The notes: generated by a model not told the origin, from the letters alone. DNA of 64,000 bases from Bacillota bacterium (GCA_023622465.1 JAMNZE010000011.1:1588-65587), one strand, 5' to 3'. Shown: positions 26,318 to 36,446, counted from the first letter of the stretch. Made by a program: numbers and translations.

Positions 26318-28558
26318 TCAATAGCGAAGTTTTTCATGCTGCAAGAGCCCCAGGATTGCATCCGGGGCTAAGGGTTTACTAATGAGATACCCCTGCATGA
26401 AATCGCAATCGTTTAGGCGCAGATACTCCCTTTGGGCCGGTGCCTCCACACCTTCTGCGACCACAAAGAATCCCTGCCGATGGGCCATGGCAATGATATC
26501 GCCAGCTATAGCTTGCTCGGGGGCAACAGAAAGCAGGCTGTCGATGAATGACTTGTCGATCTTGATACCATGCACCCGCAAATTCTGGCTGCGGCTAAGG
26601 GATGAATATCCGATACCGAAGTCATCGATGGCAATTTGTATACCATGTTGCTCCAGCTCTCTTAACTTCTCATTGATGACCCCATATTCATCCATTAAGA
26701 GCGACTCGGTTATCTCCAATGTTAAGCTACTTGTTTTCACCCCGGTCTCCTCGATTATTGCCAGCAGGTCCGCAACAAAATCATCTTGTAGCAGCTGTAA
26801 CAGCGAGATATTCACCGACATTCTAAGCTGGTCGAAGCCCTGGCTCGCCAGTTGGGTGAGAAACTCGCAAGCTTGTCGCAAAATATATTTTCCCAGAGGA
26901 ATAATGAGTCCAGTTTGCTCCGCTACAGGAATAAATTCTGCCGGTGATACATTGCCCAGATGTACGCTGTGCATCCGCGCCAAGGCTTCCAAACCTACAA
27001 TTTGGTTTTGTTTCAGATCCACAATTGGCTGGTACACTAGGTGAACATTTTGCTTCATCTGGCTGCTCACTGCAGCTCGCAATTCACCTTCTACGATCGT
27101 TTGTCGGAGCAGTTGCTCTTCCATGCTATTATCAAAGAAGCAATAGCCCTCACTGTCCTGCTCACCAGCACAGCTAGCCGCTATAGATGCCCTTTTGATG
27201 ATAGTATTGGCGTCAACTTCCCCTTCTCCATCGATCTCCACTATGCCGATGGCCACCCCTGTACGTTTTGCCTGCAACGGTTGTCGCAGACTGTCGATTA
27301 CCTGTTGGGCCATGGCAATCAGATCCGATCTGTCTCCATAGCTGGTAACATAGAGCATAAAGCGGGCGGCCCCCAGGTGGAAAATGTGTTGCGCTGACGT
27401 CTTGGCCAGCAATAAAGTGGCAGCACATTCCTTTAATATCATCTCACTATACTGGTAACCGATGGCCATGTTCAATAAATCAAAATTACAGTCGATGAGC
27501 AGACAAGCCCGCTTCTTGTGACCATTGCTGTTAGCTTGGCTTTGAAAGAATTCCTCCCAATAGGTCTTATTGGGTAGTCCAGTAACCGCATCATAATAGG
27601 AATAACGGATTAGGGTTTCATTTTTCTTGCGGTTGCTGGAGAGCATAGCTAGGAGCAGACCGAAAACAATTACCAGGGTTGTTATACCTATCATGCGTAC
27701 CCGGGCAATTAGTAACTTTGTTTCTCCCAGTTCGTGGTGAACAGCTAAGGTACCTAACTTGCTGTCTTCTACCCAAACCGGTAACAGAACCTGATAAAAG
27801 GGAGCATCACCGCTATATATTTCACCCGCAAATTCTCTACCCTCTTGCATTGCTGCCTTAGCATCCGCCGTCAAAATAAAATCACCTTCATGGCCCTGAT
27901 GAGCTATAGGCTCCAAGTTGTTGTCATAGAAAACAGCACATTTGATGTAGGGATCGGCAACAATTTCCGTCAACAGACATTGGAGTTCAAACCTGCCCAG
28001 AAAGTCACGCACCCTTTCAGCTAACACACCCATCTGTAAGAAGCGGCCCGTATCATTTAACCGCCAATAGGCGTACTTAAGATATCTTTCCGATTCGCTG
28101 TCCCGCCGAATTTCGTCTACGTGGCTTTGTTTTCCGCTGCGCATAAAATTGTATACCGGGTGCCCTTCTTTTGCATGCCAACCCAGATAAATGCCCGTGT
28201 TGGAATAGACAATCTGTCCTTCCCTGTTATAAACATAAATTTCGTCCACCTGCATGATATCAGCTATTTCAGCTAACAACCGATTGCTATATTGCCCATC
28301 ATAAAGGGCCACAATCTGGCCGGTGGCCAACAGCTTGTCCTCCAACAGCCCATCAATTATAGTGGTAGCTTCGGCAGCTGCGGCCAACTTCTGGGCATAA
28401 ATATTAGCTAGCCGCTGCGTTTCTTCTGCCACTTGCCCGTTATAAAAATTTTGGGCAGCAGTGATAATCTGATATCCAGCCACAAACAAAATAACCACAC
28501 TGAGCAGCACTACAAACAGGTATTGTTTAAGATCCGTGGTCTTCATTTGGCCCTGCAT
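26318..28558 (-). CDS. membrane-anchored sensor protein with a degenerate GGDEF domain and an EAL phosphodiesterase domain
   Basis: Two TM segments flank a roughly 250-aa extracytoplasmic domain. The GGDEF-like region lacks a canonical GG(D/E)EF signature. The EAL motifs are intact (EALAR, DDFGIGYSSL, KIDKSF). Confidence 0.8.
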   Translation of the reverse strand: MQGQMKTTDLKQYLFVVLLSVVILFVAGYQIITAAQNFYNGQVAEETQRLANIYAQKLAAAAEATTIIDGLLEDKLLATGQIVALYDGQYSNRLLAEIADIMQVDEIYVYNREGQIVYSNTGIYLGWHAKEGHPVYNFMRSGKQSHVDEIRRDSESERYLKYAYWRLNDTGRFLQMGVLAERVRDFLGRFELQCLLTEIVADPYIKCAVFYDNNLEPIAHQGHEGDFILTADAKAAMQEGREFAGEIYSGDAPFYQVLLPVWVEDSKLGTLAVHHELGETKLLIARVRMIGITTLVIVFGLLLAMLSSNRKKNETLIRYSYYDAVTGLPNKTYWEEFFQSQANSNGHKKRACLLIDCNFDLLNMAIGYQYSEMILKECAATLLLAKTSAQHIFHLGAARFMLYVTSYGDRSDLIAMAQQVIDSLRQPLQAKRTGVAIGIVEIDGEGEVDANTIIKRASIAASCAGEQDSEGYCFFDNSMEEQLLRQTIVEGELRAAVSSQMKQNVHLVYQPIVDLKQNQIVGLEALARMHSVHLGNVSPAEFIPVAEQTGLIIPLGKYILRQACEFLTQLASQGFDQLRMSVNISLLQLLQDDFVADLLAIIEETGVKTSSLTLEITESLLMDEYGVINEKLRELEQHGIQIAIDDFGIGYSSLSRSQNLRVHGIKIDKSFIDSLLSVAPEQAIAGDIIAMAHRQGFFVVAEGVEAPAQREYLRLNDCDFMQGYLISKPLAPDAILGLLQHEKLRY

Positions 28559-28698
28559 AAACTCCCCACCTCCGCTCTCACCTGTAGCAAGAACCTTTCT
28601 GCAGCCTCAATTATTAATCCTGCTTAGGTGGGCTTAGAAAAGGATTGTTCACAACTTTACAAAATATCTTCAGGCCTGACACAATTGGGCTACTGGGC

Positions 28699-28727
28699 TT
28701 GCAGACTCGCTGGGAGTGTAGTATAAT
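28699..28727 (+). promoter_or_regulatory. sigma-A promoter for tRNA-Pro(GGG)
   Basis: TTGCAG, a 17-nt spacer and TATAAT lie about 10 nt before the tRNA. Confidence 0.65.
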
Positions 28728-28737
28728 TAATGAGCAA

Positions 28738-28815
28738 CGGGCTGTGGCGCAGTTTGGCTAGCGCGCGTGCTTGGGGTGCACGAGGTCGCAGGTTCAAGTC
28801 CTGTCAGCCCGACCA
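28738..28815 (+). tRNA. tRNA-Pro (anticodon GGG)
   Basis: The acceptor stem is cgggctg/cagcccg, the anticodon loop is ttGGGgt and CCA is encoded. Confidence 0.85.
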
Positions 28816-28825
28816 TTCTCGAATA

Positions 28826-28865
28826 GCAAAAACCGTCCTCTCTTAAGATGAGGACGGTTTTTTGT
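28826..28865. terminator. bidirectional terminator between tRNA-Pro and spoIVA
   Basis: An aaaaccgtcctc...gaggacggtttt stem has U-runs on both strands. A second perfect 14-bp hairpin lies at 28872-28910. Confidence 0.75.
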
Positions 28866-28924
28866 TTTACGCAGAACCCCATTCTGGCCATCACCAGAAT
28901 GGGGTTCTTGCACCAAGCCGTCGG

Positions 28925-30400
28925 TTATAGAATGATAGCGATCAAGCCACCACTGCCTTCGTTAACAATCTTTTCAAGCGTCTCTCGCAATTTCTCCTGC
29001 GCATTATCGGGCATACGCAAGAGTTTATTTTGAATTCCTTCACGCACCAAGTTGTGCAGCGACTTGCCAAATATGTTGGTTTCCCAAAGCTTCTCCGGGT
29101 TGGCTTCGAACTCTTCCAATAGATATTTGACCAATTCTTCGCTTTGCTTTTCAGTGCCAATGATAGGGGCTACTTCCGACTCCACATCCACACGAATCAT
29201 ATGGTAAGCTGGCGCGGTAGCCCGCAAACGCACGCCAAAACGGTTGCCCTGACGAACGATTTCCGGCTCGTCTAGCTCCATTTCGTCTAGACTGGGTGGC
29301 ACAATCCCGTATCCCGTGTTGCGGGAATCCCGCACCGCATCTTTAACCTTGTCGTATTCCCGTTTGGCCTGGGCATATTCCCGCATTAGGGCCAGCAGTT
29401 TATCCCGTCCATGAATTTCTGTCCCGGCTGCCTCACTCAACGCCTCCCAGTAGAGGTAATCGGGCACATTGACCGAGAGGACGGCCGCACCGGTGCCTAA
29501 GTCCATAGTCTCCAGGATTACTTCCGAAACGGTGTCGCACTCGCTGAGAACCTCAATCAAAGTGTCGATCTCTCGTAGTTTCTTAACCTGGGTAGCTCCA
29601 TCTTGCACCACCGCTTCCAGCTTGCGCCGCAACCAATGTTTGCTGTCTAATACGTTTACCCATGGCGGCAGGTTCACATTTACCTCACGGACAGGGAATT
29701 CATAGAGGATTTCTCTCAAGACGCCCTGGATGTCAGTTTGGTTAAGCCTAGTGGCATCAATAGGTATAACGGCCGTTTGATATTTCTCCTCCAATTCGGC
29801 TCTGAGCTCCATTGTCTCCGGGTCAAACGGGTCAGCGCTGTTCAACAGCACCACAAAGGGCTTGCCTAGATTCTGCAACTCCTCGATGACTCGTTCTTCT
29901 GCTGTCACATAGGCGGAGCGGGGTAAATCGGTTATGGTCCCGTCGGTGGTTACCACTATGCCGATCGTAGAATGGTCGACAATTACCTTCTTGGTGCCGA
30001 TTTCAGCTGCTTCTTCAAAGGGGATCGGCTCTTCGAACCATGGTGTTAATACCATGCGCGGGCCGTCTTCATCACTGTAGCCAAGTGCACCCTCTACCGC
30101 ATAGCCTACGCAATCGACCATTCGTACTCGCAACTTGATGTCATCCACAGTGATTTCGACACCTTCATCAGGAATAAATTTGGGCTCGGTAGTCATGATG
30201 GTTCGCCCTGCCCCACTCTGGGGTAAGGCATCCTTTGTACGCTCTTTGTCATGAACATCCGTGATATTCGGCAAAACCATGAGATCCATAAACCGTTTGA
30301 TGAAAGTGGACTTGCCGGTGCGTACCGGGCCCACGATACCGAGATAGATATCACCATCGGTACGCTTAGCTATGTCCTGAAGTAGGTCAAACTTCTCCAA
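28925..30400 (-). CDS. spoIVA: stage IV sporulation protein A
   Basis: It has a Walker A motif GPVRTGKST within the SpoIVA ATPase N-terminus MEKFDLLQDIAKRTDGDIYLGIVGPV, and is full length at about 491 aa. Confidence 0.9.
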   Translation of the reverse strand: MEKFDLLQDIAKRTDGDIYLGIVGPVRTGKSTFIKRFMDLMVLPNITDVHDKERTKDALPQSGAGRTIMTTEPKFIPDEGVEITVDDIKLRVRMVDCVGYAVEGALGYSDEDGPRMVLTPWFEEPIPFEEAAEIGTKKVIVDHSTIGIVVTTDGTITDLPRSAYVTAEERVIEELQNLGKPFVVLLNSADPFDPETMELRAELEEKYQTAVIPIDATRLNQTDIQGVLREILYEFPVREVNVNLPPWVNVLDSKHWLRRKLEAVVQDGATQVKKLREIDTLIEVLSECDTVSEVILETMDLGTGAAVLSVNVPDYLYWEALSEAAGTEIHGRDKLLALMREYAQAKREYDKVKDAVRDSRNTGYGIVPPSLDEMELDEPEIVRQGNRFGVRLRATAPAYHMIRVDVESEVAPIIGTEKQSEELVKYLLEEFEANPEKLWETNIFGKSLHNLVREGIQNKLLRMPDNAQEKLRETLEKIVNEGSGGLIAIIL

Positions 30401-30587
30401 AGGTTTCTCCCTCCCTTTTTTGCCTGAGACGTCGATCGATAGCGATCTCTCGACCCGCCCGGCATTTCCACTCGAAATTCTTAGTTCAAGGTGAGCTTGT
30501 TTTCCTTAAACCCGGGCACAGCTTGGCTAGTACATATATATGAAAAGGCGCAGGCGATATGCCTGATAACGATTAAAGCTGCACAAT

Positions 30588-30616
30588 AAAAAAAGCACTC
30601 CATCCTAGTGGAGTGC
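30588..30616 (-). terminator. terminator after gpsA
   Basis: A gcactcca/tggagtgc stem is followed by tttttttatt on the minus strand. Confidence 0.7.
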
Positions 30617-30627
30617 TAAGTCTCTGT

Positions 30628-31668
30628 TTATTGCTTCTCCCTATTTACAAACTCTAGATCCTCATATTCGTGTTTCCTTACCCGGTTCATCATCTCTACT
30701 AAAGTCACCCGTGGTTCCTGGTCAGCAAACAATACTCGGTAGAGGGCTTCGGTCAGCGGCATTTCTACTTTATGTCGCTGGGCCAGCTTATATGTGGCCT
30801 GCGTAGCAAAAGCACCCTCAATTACCATATGGGTACCTCCGGTCACTTCCTTTAGCGTTTGTCCCTGGCCAATTTTAAAGCCCGCGTTCCAGTTACGACT
30901 ATGTTTGCTGGTACAGGTGGCAATCAAATCACCTATGCCCGAAAGGCCCGCAAAGGTGCGAGGATCAGCCCCTAAACGCACCCCCAGACGGACCACTTCC
31001 CCTAGGCCCCGAGTGATCAGCATGGCTTTAGTGTTATCACCAAAGCCCATGCCGTCGGCGATACCCGCCGCTAGGGCTATAATGTTCTTTAAAGCGCCCC
31101 CCAGTTCCACACCGATAATATCGTGATTGGTATAAACCCGAAAATTCGGCGTAAAGAAGGCGTCCTGCAATCGCTGGGCAGCATCCCGGTCCACACTGCT
31201 AACAACACTAGCCGATGGCATGTCCTGCCCCACCTCTTCCGCATGGTTAGGACCCGACAATACTCCTATGGAACGGGCTTTGGAACCGATTTCTTCTTCA
31301 ATAACCTCAGACAGACGTTGTAAGGTGTTAGGCTCAAAACCCTTAGCCGTATTTACAATATCAACCGGTGTGCTTAGTAAGGGAGCTACTTTCTTCAGCA
31401 CCTCCCGCAAATGGGCAGAAGGAATAGCGAAAACTAACAAATCTTGGCCTTGTGTAGCTTCTATTAAGGAAGAAGTAGCCACCACATGGGGAGGAATGGC
31501 TACTCCCGGTAAGTACTTTTTGTTTTCTCGTTCTTCGTTAATGGCTAAAGCCAACTTATCCCGTCGACTCCAGATGGTGACACGGTCAAAGTTGTGGCTA
31601 AGAACACGCGCAGCCAACGCCGTGCCCCAGCTACCTGCGCCAATCACCGCTGCCGCTCTGGTGGCCAT
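30628..31668 (-). CDS. gpsA: NAD(P)H-dependent glycerol-3-phosphate dehydrogenase
   Basis: The start was set at the ATG at 31668 (MATRAAAVIGAGSWGTA, a Rossmann GxGxxG), which has a GAGGAGGGG Shine-Dalgarno. Confidence 0.9.
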   Translation of the reverse strand: MATRAAAVIGAGSWGTALAARVLSHNFDRVTIWSRRDKLALAINEERENKKYLPGVAIPPHVVATSSLIEATQGQDLLVFAIPSAHLREVLKKVAPLLSTPVDIVNTAKGFEPNTLQRLSEVIEEEIGSKARSIGVLSGPNHAEEVGQDMPSASVVSSVDRDAAQRLQDAFFTPNFRVYTNHDIIGVELGGALKNIIALAAGIADGMGFGDNTKAMLITRGLGEVVRLGVRLGADPRTFAGLSGIGDLIATCTSKHSRNWNAGFKIGQGQTLKEVTGGTHMVIEGAFATQATYKLAQRHKVEMPLTEALYRVLFADQEPRVTLVEMMNRVRKHEYEDLEFVNREKQ

Positions 31669-31684
31669 CCTGTTACCCCTCCTC

Positions 31685-32998
31685 TCAATCCTCTCGCCTC
31701 TTTCGTATATAAAAGCGAATAGGTGTACCAACAAAGCCCATAGCTTTCCGCAAGGTGTTTTCTAGAAAACGTTGATAGGAAAAATGCATTAGCTCCGGAT
31801 CATTGACAAAAAATACAAAGGTTGGTGGTTTGATGCCCGATTGGGTAGCATAGTAAATACGTAGTCTTTTACCCCTCTCGGTAGGGGTAGGGGTAACCAT
31901 GGTGGCCTGTAGAATCAGCTCGTTGAGGGCGTTGGTGGAAATCCGCAAATGACGCTGCTCGTTGACTTGTTTAACCAAGTCGAATATCCGATGTACCCGC
32001 TGCCCCGTTTTAGCCGATATAAAAATAATGGGGGCATAATCAACAAAGCTGAGTTCGCTCTTAATCTCTTCGGTAAATCGGTTGGCTGTTCTATGGTCCT
32101 TCTCTATCAAATCCCACTTGTTGACAACCAGAATTATCCCCTTGCCCCGGTTATGGGCAATACCTACAATTTTCTTGTCTTGCTCGGTGACTCCTTCGGC
32201 GGCATCAATCACCATTAGGACAATGTCCGAGCGCTCGATAGCCCGTATGGAACGCAGCCCGCTATAACGCTCAATTTCTTCTTCCACCTTACTACGGCGT
32301 CGCAAGCCTGCTGTATCGATAAGCACATAATTTTCGTCGCCGATTGTAATCGGAGTATCTACCGCATCGCGGGTTGTGCCCGGTATGTCACTGACAATGA
32401 CTCGCTCTTGTCCTAACAAGGCGTTTACAAGCGATGACTTACCCGTATTGGGTTTGCCGATTACCGCCACTCGGGTTAGGTCATCCTCATCTTCAACGGC
32501 TTCCTTGGCGGGTAAAAGGTCAACAATTAGATCTAATAGGTCCCCAATGCCCAGTCCATTGGCTGCCGAGACGCTAAGCACATGGGGCAACCCCAGCTGG
32601 TAAAATTCGGCCACATGGGCTTCCAGGTTAGGGTGGTCGATTTTGTTGACTGCTACGATTATAGGTTTCTGCGTGCCCCGCAAGACCTGGGCCACATCCT
32701 CATCCAAGCCGGTTAGACCTTGCCGCCCATCAACCACAAATAGAATTACATCGGCTTCTCGGATAGCGATTTCCGCCTGCTTGCGAATATAGGTGGTCAT
32801 CTCATCAGTCGCATTTATTTCCAACCCCCCGGTGTCCACTAGGGTAAACTCGTGGTTGAGCCAGTGCACATCCGCATAGAGTCGATCGCGCGTCACTCCC
32901 GGCACGTCTTCCACAATCGCTAAACGTCTACCGGCCAAATAGTTAAAAAGGGTTGATTTGCCCACGTTGGGCCTACCAACAACGGCCACAATTGACAC
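31685..32998 (-). CDS. der: ribosome-associated GTPase Der (EngA)
   Basis: It has tandem GTPase domains (GRPNVGKST and GKPNTGKSS) and a KH-like C-terminus. Confidence 0.9.
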   Translation of the reverse strand: MSIVAVVGRPNVGKSTLFNYLAGRRLAIVEDVPGVTRDRLYADVHWLNHEFTLVDTGGLEINATDEMTTYIRKQAEIAIREADVILFVVDGRQGLTGLDEDVAQVLRGTQKPIIVAVNKIDHPNLEAHVAEFYQLGLPHVLSVSAANGLGIGDLLDLIVDLLPAKEAVEDEDDLTRVAVIGKPNTGKSSLVNALLGQERVIVSDIPGTTRDAVDTPITIGDENYVLIDTAGLRRRSKVEEEIERYSGLRSIRAIERSDIVLMVIDAAEGVTEQDKKIVGIAHNRGKGIILVVNKWDLIEKDHRTANRFTEEIKSELSFVDYAPIIFISAKTGQRVHRIFDLVKQVNEQRHLRISTNALNELILQATMVTPTPTERGKRLRIYYATQSGIKPPTFVFFVNDPELMHFSYQRFLENTLRKAMGFVGTPIRFYIRKRRED

Positions 32999-33001
32999 CG
33001 T

Positions 33002-34315
33002 CTATACCTCCCCTCCTATGGTGTTATCTATTAAAGCTTGTCCATCGGTGGGCGTGGCAATTACCTCAGCCTGGGGTAGTGCCTGTTGTAGCTCTAAGAA
33101 GGTAAAGTCATCCAAAAAGTCTCGTTCAGTTGTACGCAAAGCTACCTCTGGAATCAATATTCGCGCCCCATCCAAATCGAAAGATTGCAAGGTGGCAAAA
33201 ATGTCTCGCCCACTGAGTAAGCCAGCCACCGTCACCGACTCTCCCAGAAAACGGTTGGGCACTGGACAGACGTCAACCCATAATCCTTCTATACGATTTA
33301 ACTGCTGGGCTATGGCTTGCAATAGCGGGGCAGCCAGCGTGCCCGTTACCCAAATTACTCGTCGGGGACGAGATAATCGCTTAGGCAGATTCCTGGTGCA
33401 CCTTTTAATGTCATCAAGCAACAGACGCGTTAGACCAATTCCATTCTCAATCTGAGGGAAATCGTCATAATAGTTACGTGGCGGCACTTCACTGCCGGCT
33501 TGCAGAAAGAATTCATCGGCCAAATAGACGAAGGATACGCCTAACTTACGCTTTGCCCTACGGGCCAGCGGCATTAGACTATCGATAACCGCCCTCGCCT
33601 CCTGCCGGTTAGCCCGACGCAGGGGAGGCAATTTTTCCCGGTGCCCAGTCAAACCCACCGGCACCACCGCCACCGACTGAACCGCCGGCCACAAGGATAA
33701 CAAGTCATGAACTGTACGCTCCAGCTCCGCACCGTCGTTGATTCCGGGGACCAGCACAATTTGACAATGCATTTCTATGTGATGATCCGCCAGGGTACGC
33801 AACTGCTCCAAGATACGACCGGCTTGCGGATTGCGCATAAGTTTTTCTCGTAAGGGCCCATTGGTAGTATGCACTGATATATAAAGGGGACTGGGCCTTT
33901 TCGTTAATAGACGCTCCCAGTCGTCCTCCGCCATATTGGTCAAAGTGACAAAGCTACCATGAAAAGCCGACAAACGGTAGTCATCATCCTTTACCCGGAG
34001 GGTGCGTCGCACCCCTGTAGGCAACTGGGCAACGAAACAAAAGAGACAATTATTTTTACAATTCTTGAGCGGTGCTATTGTCGGATGCTCAAACACTAAG
34101 CCGATATCTTCACCGTATTCTTTTTCTATCTCCACTTCCCATAACTCTTGTGCGTCATCCAGGAGAGTGAGCGTAAGCTGCTCACTAGCTAGGGCCAATC
34201 TATAATCTAAAATATCAACTATGTCCTGGCCATTTAGCTTAATCAAAGTAGAACCCGGCTTGATGCCAAGCTGGTCCGCAATAGAGTCGGGAACAATTTC
34301 TATTATTCTTGCCAC
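33002..34315 (-). CDS. DUF512 domain protein (PDZ plus radical-SAM-like barrel), often found upstream of der in Clostridia
   Basis: The start was moved to the GTG at about 34315 (MARIIEIVPDSIADQLGI), which follows an AAGGAGG Shine-Dalgarno. A CxxxCxxC-like motif, NCLFCFV, is present. Confidence 0.5.
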   Translation of the reverse strand: MARIIEIVPDSIADQLGIKPGSTLIKLNGQDIVDILDYRLALASEQLTLTLLDDAQELWEVEIEKEYGEDIGLVFEHPTIAPLKNCKNNCLFCFVAQLPTGVRRTLRVKDDDYRLSAFHGSFVTLTNMAEDDWERLLTKRPSPLYISVHTTNGPLREKLMRNPQAGRILEQLRTLADHHIEMHCQIVLVPGINDGAELERTVHDLLSLWPAVQSVAVVPVGLTGHREKLPPLRRANRQEARAVIDSLMPLARRAKRKLGVSFVYLADEFFLQAGSEVPPRNYYDDFPQIENGIGLTRLLLDDIKRCTRNLPKRLSRPRRVIWVTGTLAAPLLQAIAQQLNRIEGLWVDVCPVPNRFLGESVTVAGLLSGRDIFATLQSFDLDGARILIPEVALRTTERDFLDDFTFLELQQALPQAEVIATPTDGQALIDNTIGGEV

Positions 34316-34409
34316 TGGCACTGGTCCTCCTTGCCATAATAAGAGGCCAGTCAAGCAAAGGGTGCTCAACTGGCAACGGTTAAACGAGTTGATAACTATG
34401 TCAATTATC

Positions 34410-34901
34410 CTATAAGGGCGGTGCCCAGTCAAGAAAGGTGGCATCTTGAGCTAGGGAACGGCGCACTTTCTTCACCAATTGCTGATAATTACTATAGCTT
34501 TTCGCGATGCCCCAGGCCGCAAGGGGTCTACCAAAGCGTATCAATCCCAAGCTACGGGAGGAAAAACCACCAATCCTAGTTGCCAGGTTTACACAGGGGA
34601 GGCAATTTACTAACCGGTATTCCCCCTTATCTACCCCTACCACCTGCAGCGCCATACTTACCGCATGTTTCATGTGTTTATGCCCTCCACCGAGGGCTAA
34701 GGTATATACCTCATTACCCGCCTCATCTTGGCCCATGAAGAAGAGTCGCCCCATGTCCGCATTGCTAGCCGTATCAAACCTAGGAGCAGCCAGAATTTCA
34801 GCCGGCGACGCGGTCCGCTCTATAGGCAAATGCCCCAAATGGAGGGCGGCTGCCGTTACTGAGGAATGGGCGCCACCCCAACAGAAATAGATTATTTTCA
34901 G
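34410..34901 (-). CDS. DUF3189-like protein with a probable non-canonical (CTG) start
   Basis: The in-frame extension upstream of the ORF-track TTG encodes KIIYFCWGGAHSSVTAAALHLG, the conserved N-terminus I recall for the DUF3189 family (from memory). The only start-like codon after the AAGGAGGAGG Shine-Dalgarno is the CTG at 34901-34899. Confidence 0.4.
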   Translation of the reverse strand: MKIIYFCWGGAHSSVTAAALHLGHLPIERTASPAEILAAPRFDTASNADMGRLFFMGQDEAGNEVYTLALGGGHKHMKHAVSMALQVVGVDKGEYRLVNCLPCVNLATRIGGFSSRSLGLIRFGRPLAAWGIAKSYSNYQQLVKKVRRSLAQDATFLDWAPPL

Positions 34902-34914
34902 ATTTTCCTCCTCC

Positions 34915-35301
34915 TTATTTTTTCACTCCATCCCATATGTATTGGGCAAGGGCCATTGCCAGTCTATTAGGCAATAGGCCCCGCCCTAGAAGCCAAACAC
35001 CCGGCCATAGCAATAGCCCTTCCCTTTCCTCAAGAGAATAAAAGACAATCTCCACCTGGGGCCGCAAGCAACCAACCACATTGCTAATGGCTCTTTGTAA
35101 TACAGCAGGCCTTCTTCTATCGGCAATTGCTAATACGGCTTCATCAGAGGATATAAAAGCCCGCGGTTTCAGGCCTTCGGCTAGCAATCGGCGCAGATTG
35201 AATAAAAGTTCCGCTTGGCCGGGTGCCCCAAAAGAGTAATACAGGGCGGCTGCTAATGCGGCCGCCCCTAAACGGCTATGAAATACAGATAAACGTCGCA
35301 C
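34915..35301 (-). CDS. hypothetical protein (128 aa, Ala/Leu/Arg-rich)
   Basis: The ORF lies between spoIIP (3-nt gap) and the DUF3189-like gene (SD directly after its stop); no family was recognised. Confidence 0.25.
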   Translation of the reverse strand: MRRLSVFHSRLGAAALAAALYYSFGAPGQAELLFNLRRLLAEGLKPRAFISSDEAVLAIADRRRPAVLQRAISNVVGCLRPQVEIVFYSLEEREGLLLWPGVWLLGRGLLPNRLAMALAQYIWDGVKK

Positions 35302-35303
35302 TA

Positions 35304-36446
35304 TTAGCGCCCTCCCCCATCCTTATCGCCCGGTCTGCGGGAACCAAGCAGGTCCCCAAACTCACGGGTGGTAAAAGTGCGCACCTTGCTTGTCAACTCT
35401 TCCCAACTACCAGTGCTCAAGAACATATAAATGGCAGCCCCCAACACGACTAACCCGACTAGCCAGAAGGCGGTGCGGGTACCTACCTGCCCTTCTCGTC
35501 TCTGTCCGGCCACGCTACCAGCAGTACTAGCAGTCAGGTAACGGGCATAGGACTGGGCAAAAAGGTTTGCACTTTTTTCTGCTGCATTGCGACTTTGCTT
35601 GTGGGTTCCCACCTCTACTAATAGGTTGCGGGGGCTCAAATCCTGGTTATAACCACTACGAGCAAAGAAGATTCCTTTTACTAACCCGGGATGCTGTTTA
35701 TCGGTGGCTGCCTTTATTTCTTGCGCAAACTGTTTGTTAGCAGCCATGTTGGGGTTTTGACGCCCCACCACCAGCTGTACCAACACCATTTTTTCTCCGT
35801 TTACTTCTCCCGTGTACTGGCTAGCCGGCACCGCATCACGATGAACGTCGAGCACCGCGTCCGCTTTCTGCAAGAGTTCCTGAGCTGTCCGTCGGGATCG
35901 TTTGTAGGCGGCCGTATCATGGGGGTCATGGCGGGCCTGACTATGAATTACCTTTACCCCCTCCCTTTCCAAGCCCTGAGCCATGGCACTACCCACCTTA
36001 TAAATAGTCCCATTGCCTCGAATACTGCTGGTTCCATCAGTAGGCACATAGGATTCATCACTATGGGTGTGATAGAGTCCCACAGTTACATCTTTAGGAC
36101 CAGTAACCCTATTGGCCAGCATATCGGCCAAGATATCGGCAAAATCGGCACGCAAATCTTCTAATCCGACTTGCTTAACAAAGCGGGCATAGGCTTTATC
36201 TGTACCTTCAACTCGCACCACCTGGTAGAGGCGATCATCGGCGGTCTGATATTCGTCGCCCACCATGACATAACGCCCGGTGACAAAAATGATTTGGCTT
36301 GGGTCGGCCTCATCATAGACGGTACAAAATTGCCCGTCGGCAAACTCATCTAGTTCTTCTTCCATTCCCCAAGCAATATTGCCGCTAGTCGTCAGCGTAA
36401 CAGCCAGCAGGAGTACTATTAAGCAAAAGCGCTTAAGCATCTTCAT
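35304..36446 (-). CDS. spoIIP: stage II sporulation protein P
   Basis: It has a signal/anchor followed by a SpoIIP amidase-like domain with HTHSDESYVP. The family is recalled from memory. Confidence 0.75.
   Translation of the reverse strand: MKMLKRFCLIVLLLAVTLTTSGNIAWGMEEELDEFADGQFCTVYDEADPSQIIFVTGRYVMVGDEYQTADDRLYQVVRVEGTDKAYARFVKQVGLEDLRADFADILADMLANRVTGPKDVTVGLYHTHSDESYVPTDGTSSIRGNGTIYKVGSAMAQGLEREGVKVIHSQARHDPHDTAAYKRSRRTAQELLQKADAVLDVHRDAVPASQYTGEVNGEKMVLVQLVVGRQNPNMAANKQFAQEIKAATDKQHPGLVKGIFFARSGYNQDLSPRNLLVEVGTHKQSRNAAEKSANLFAQSYARYLTASTAGSVAGQRREGQVGTRTAFWLVGLVVLGAAIYMFLSTGSWEELTSKVRTFTTREFGDLLGSRRPGDKDGGGR

Noticed and set aside
26382-27044. A 220-aa plus-strand ORF inside the GGDEF/EAL gene, and similar long antisense ORFs at 31220-31765, 32958-33455, 35691-36164, 37434-38735 and 43903-45248
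   Set aside because: All lie antisense to strongly supported genes. Their products are Ser/Arg/Pro-rich and low-complexity, with no Shine-Dalgarno, which is typical of GC-balanced antisense frames.
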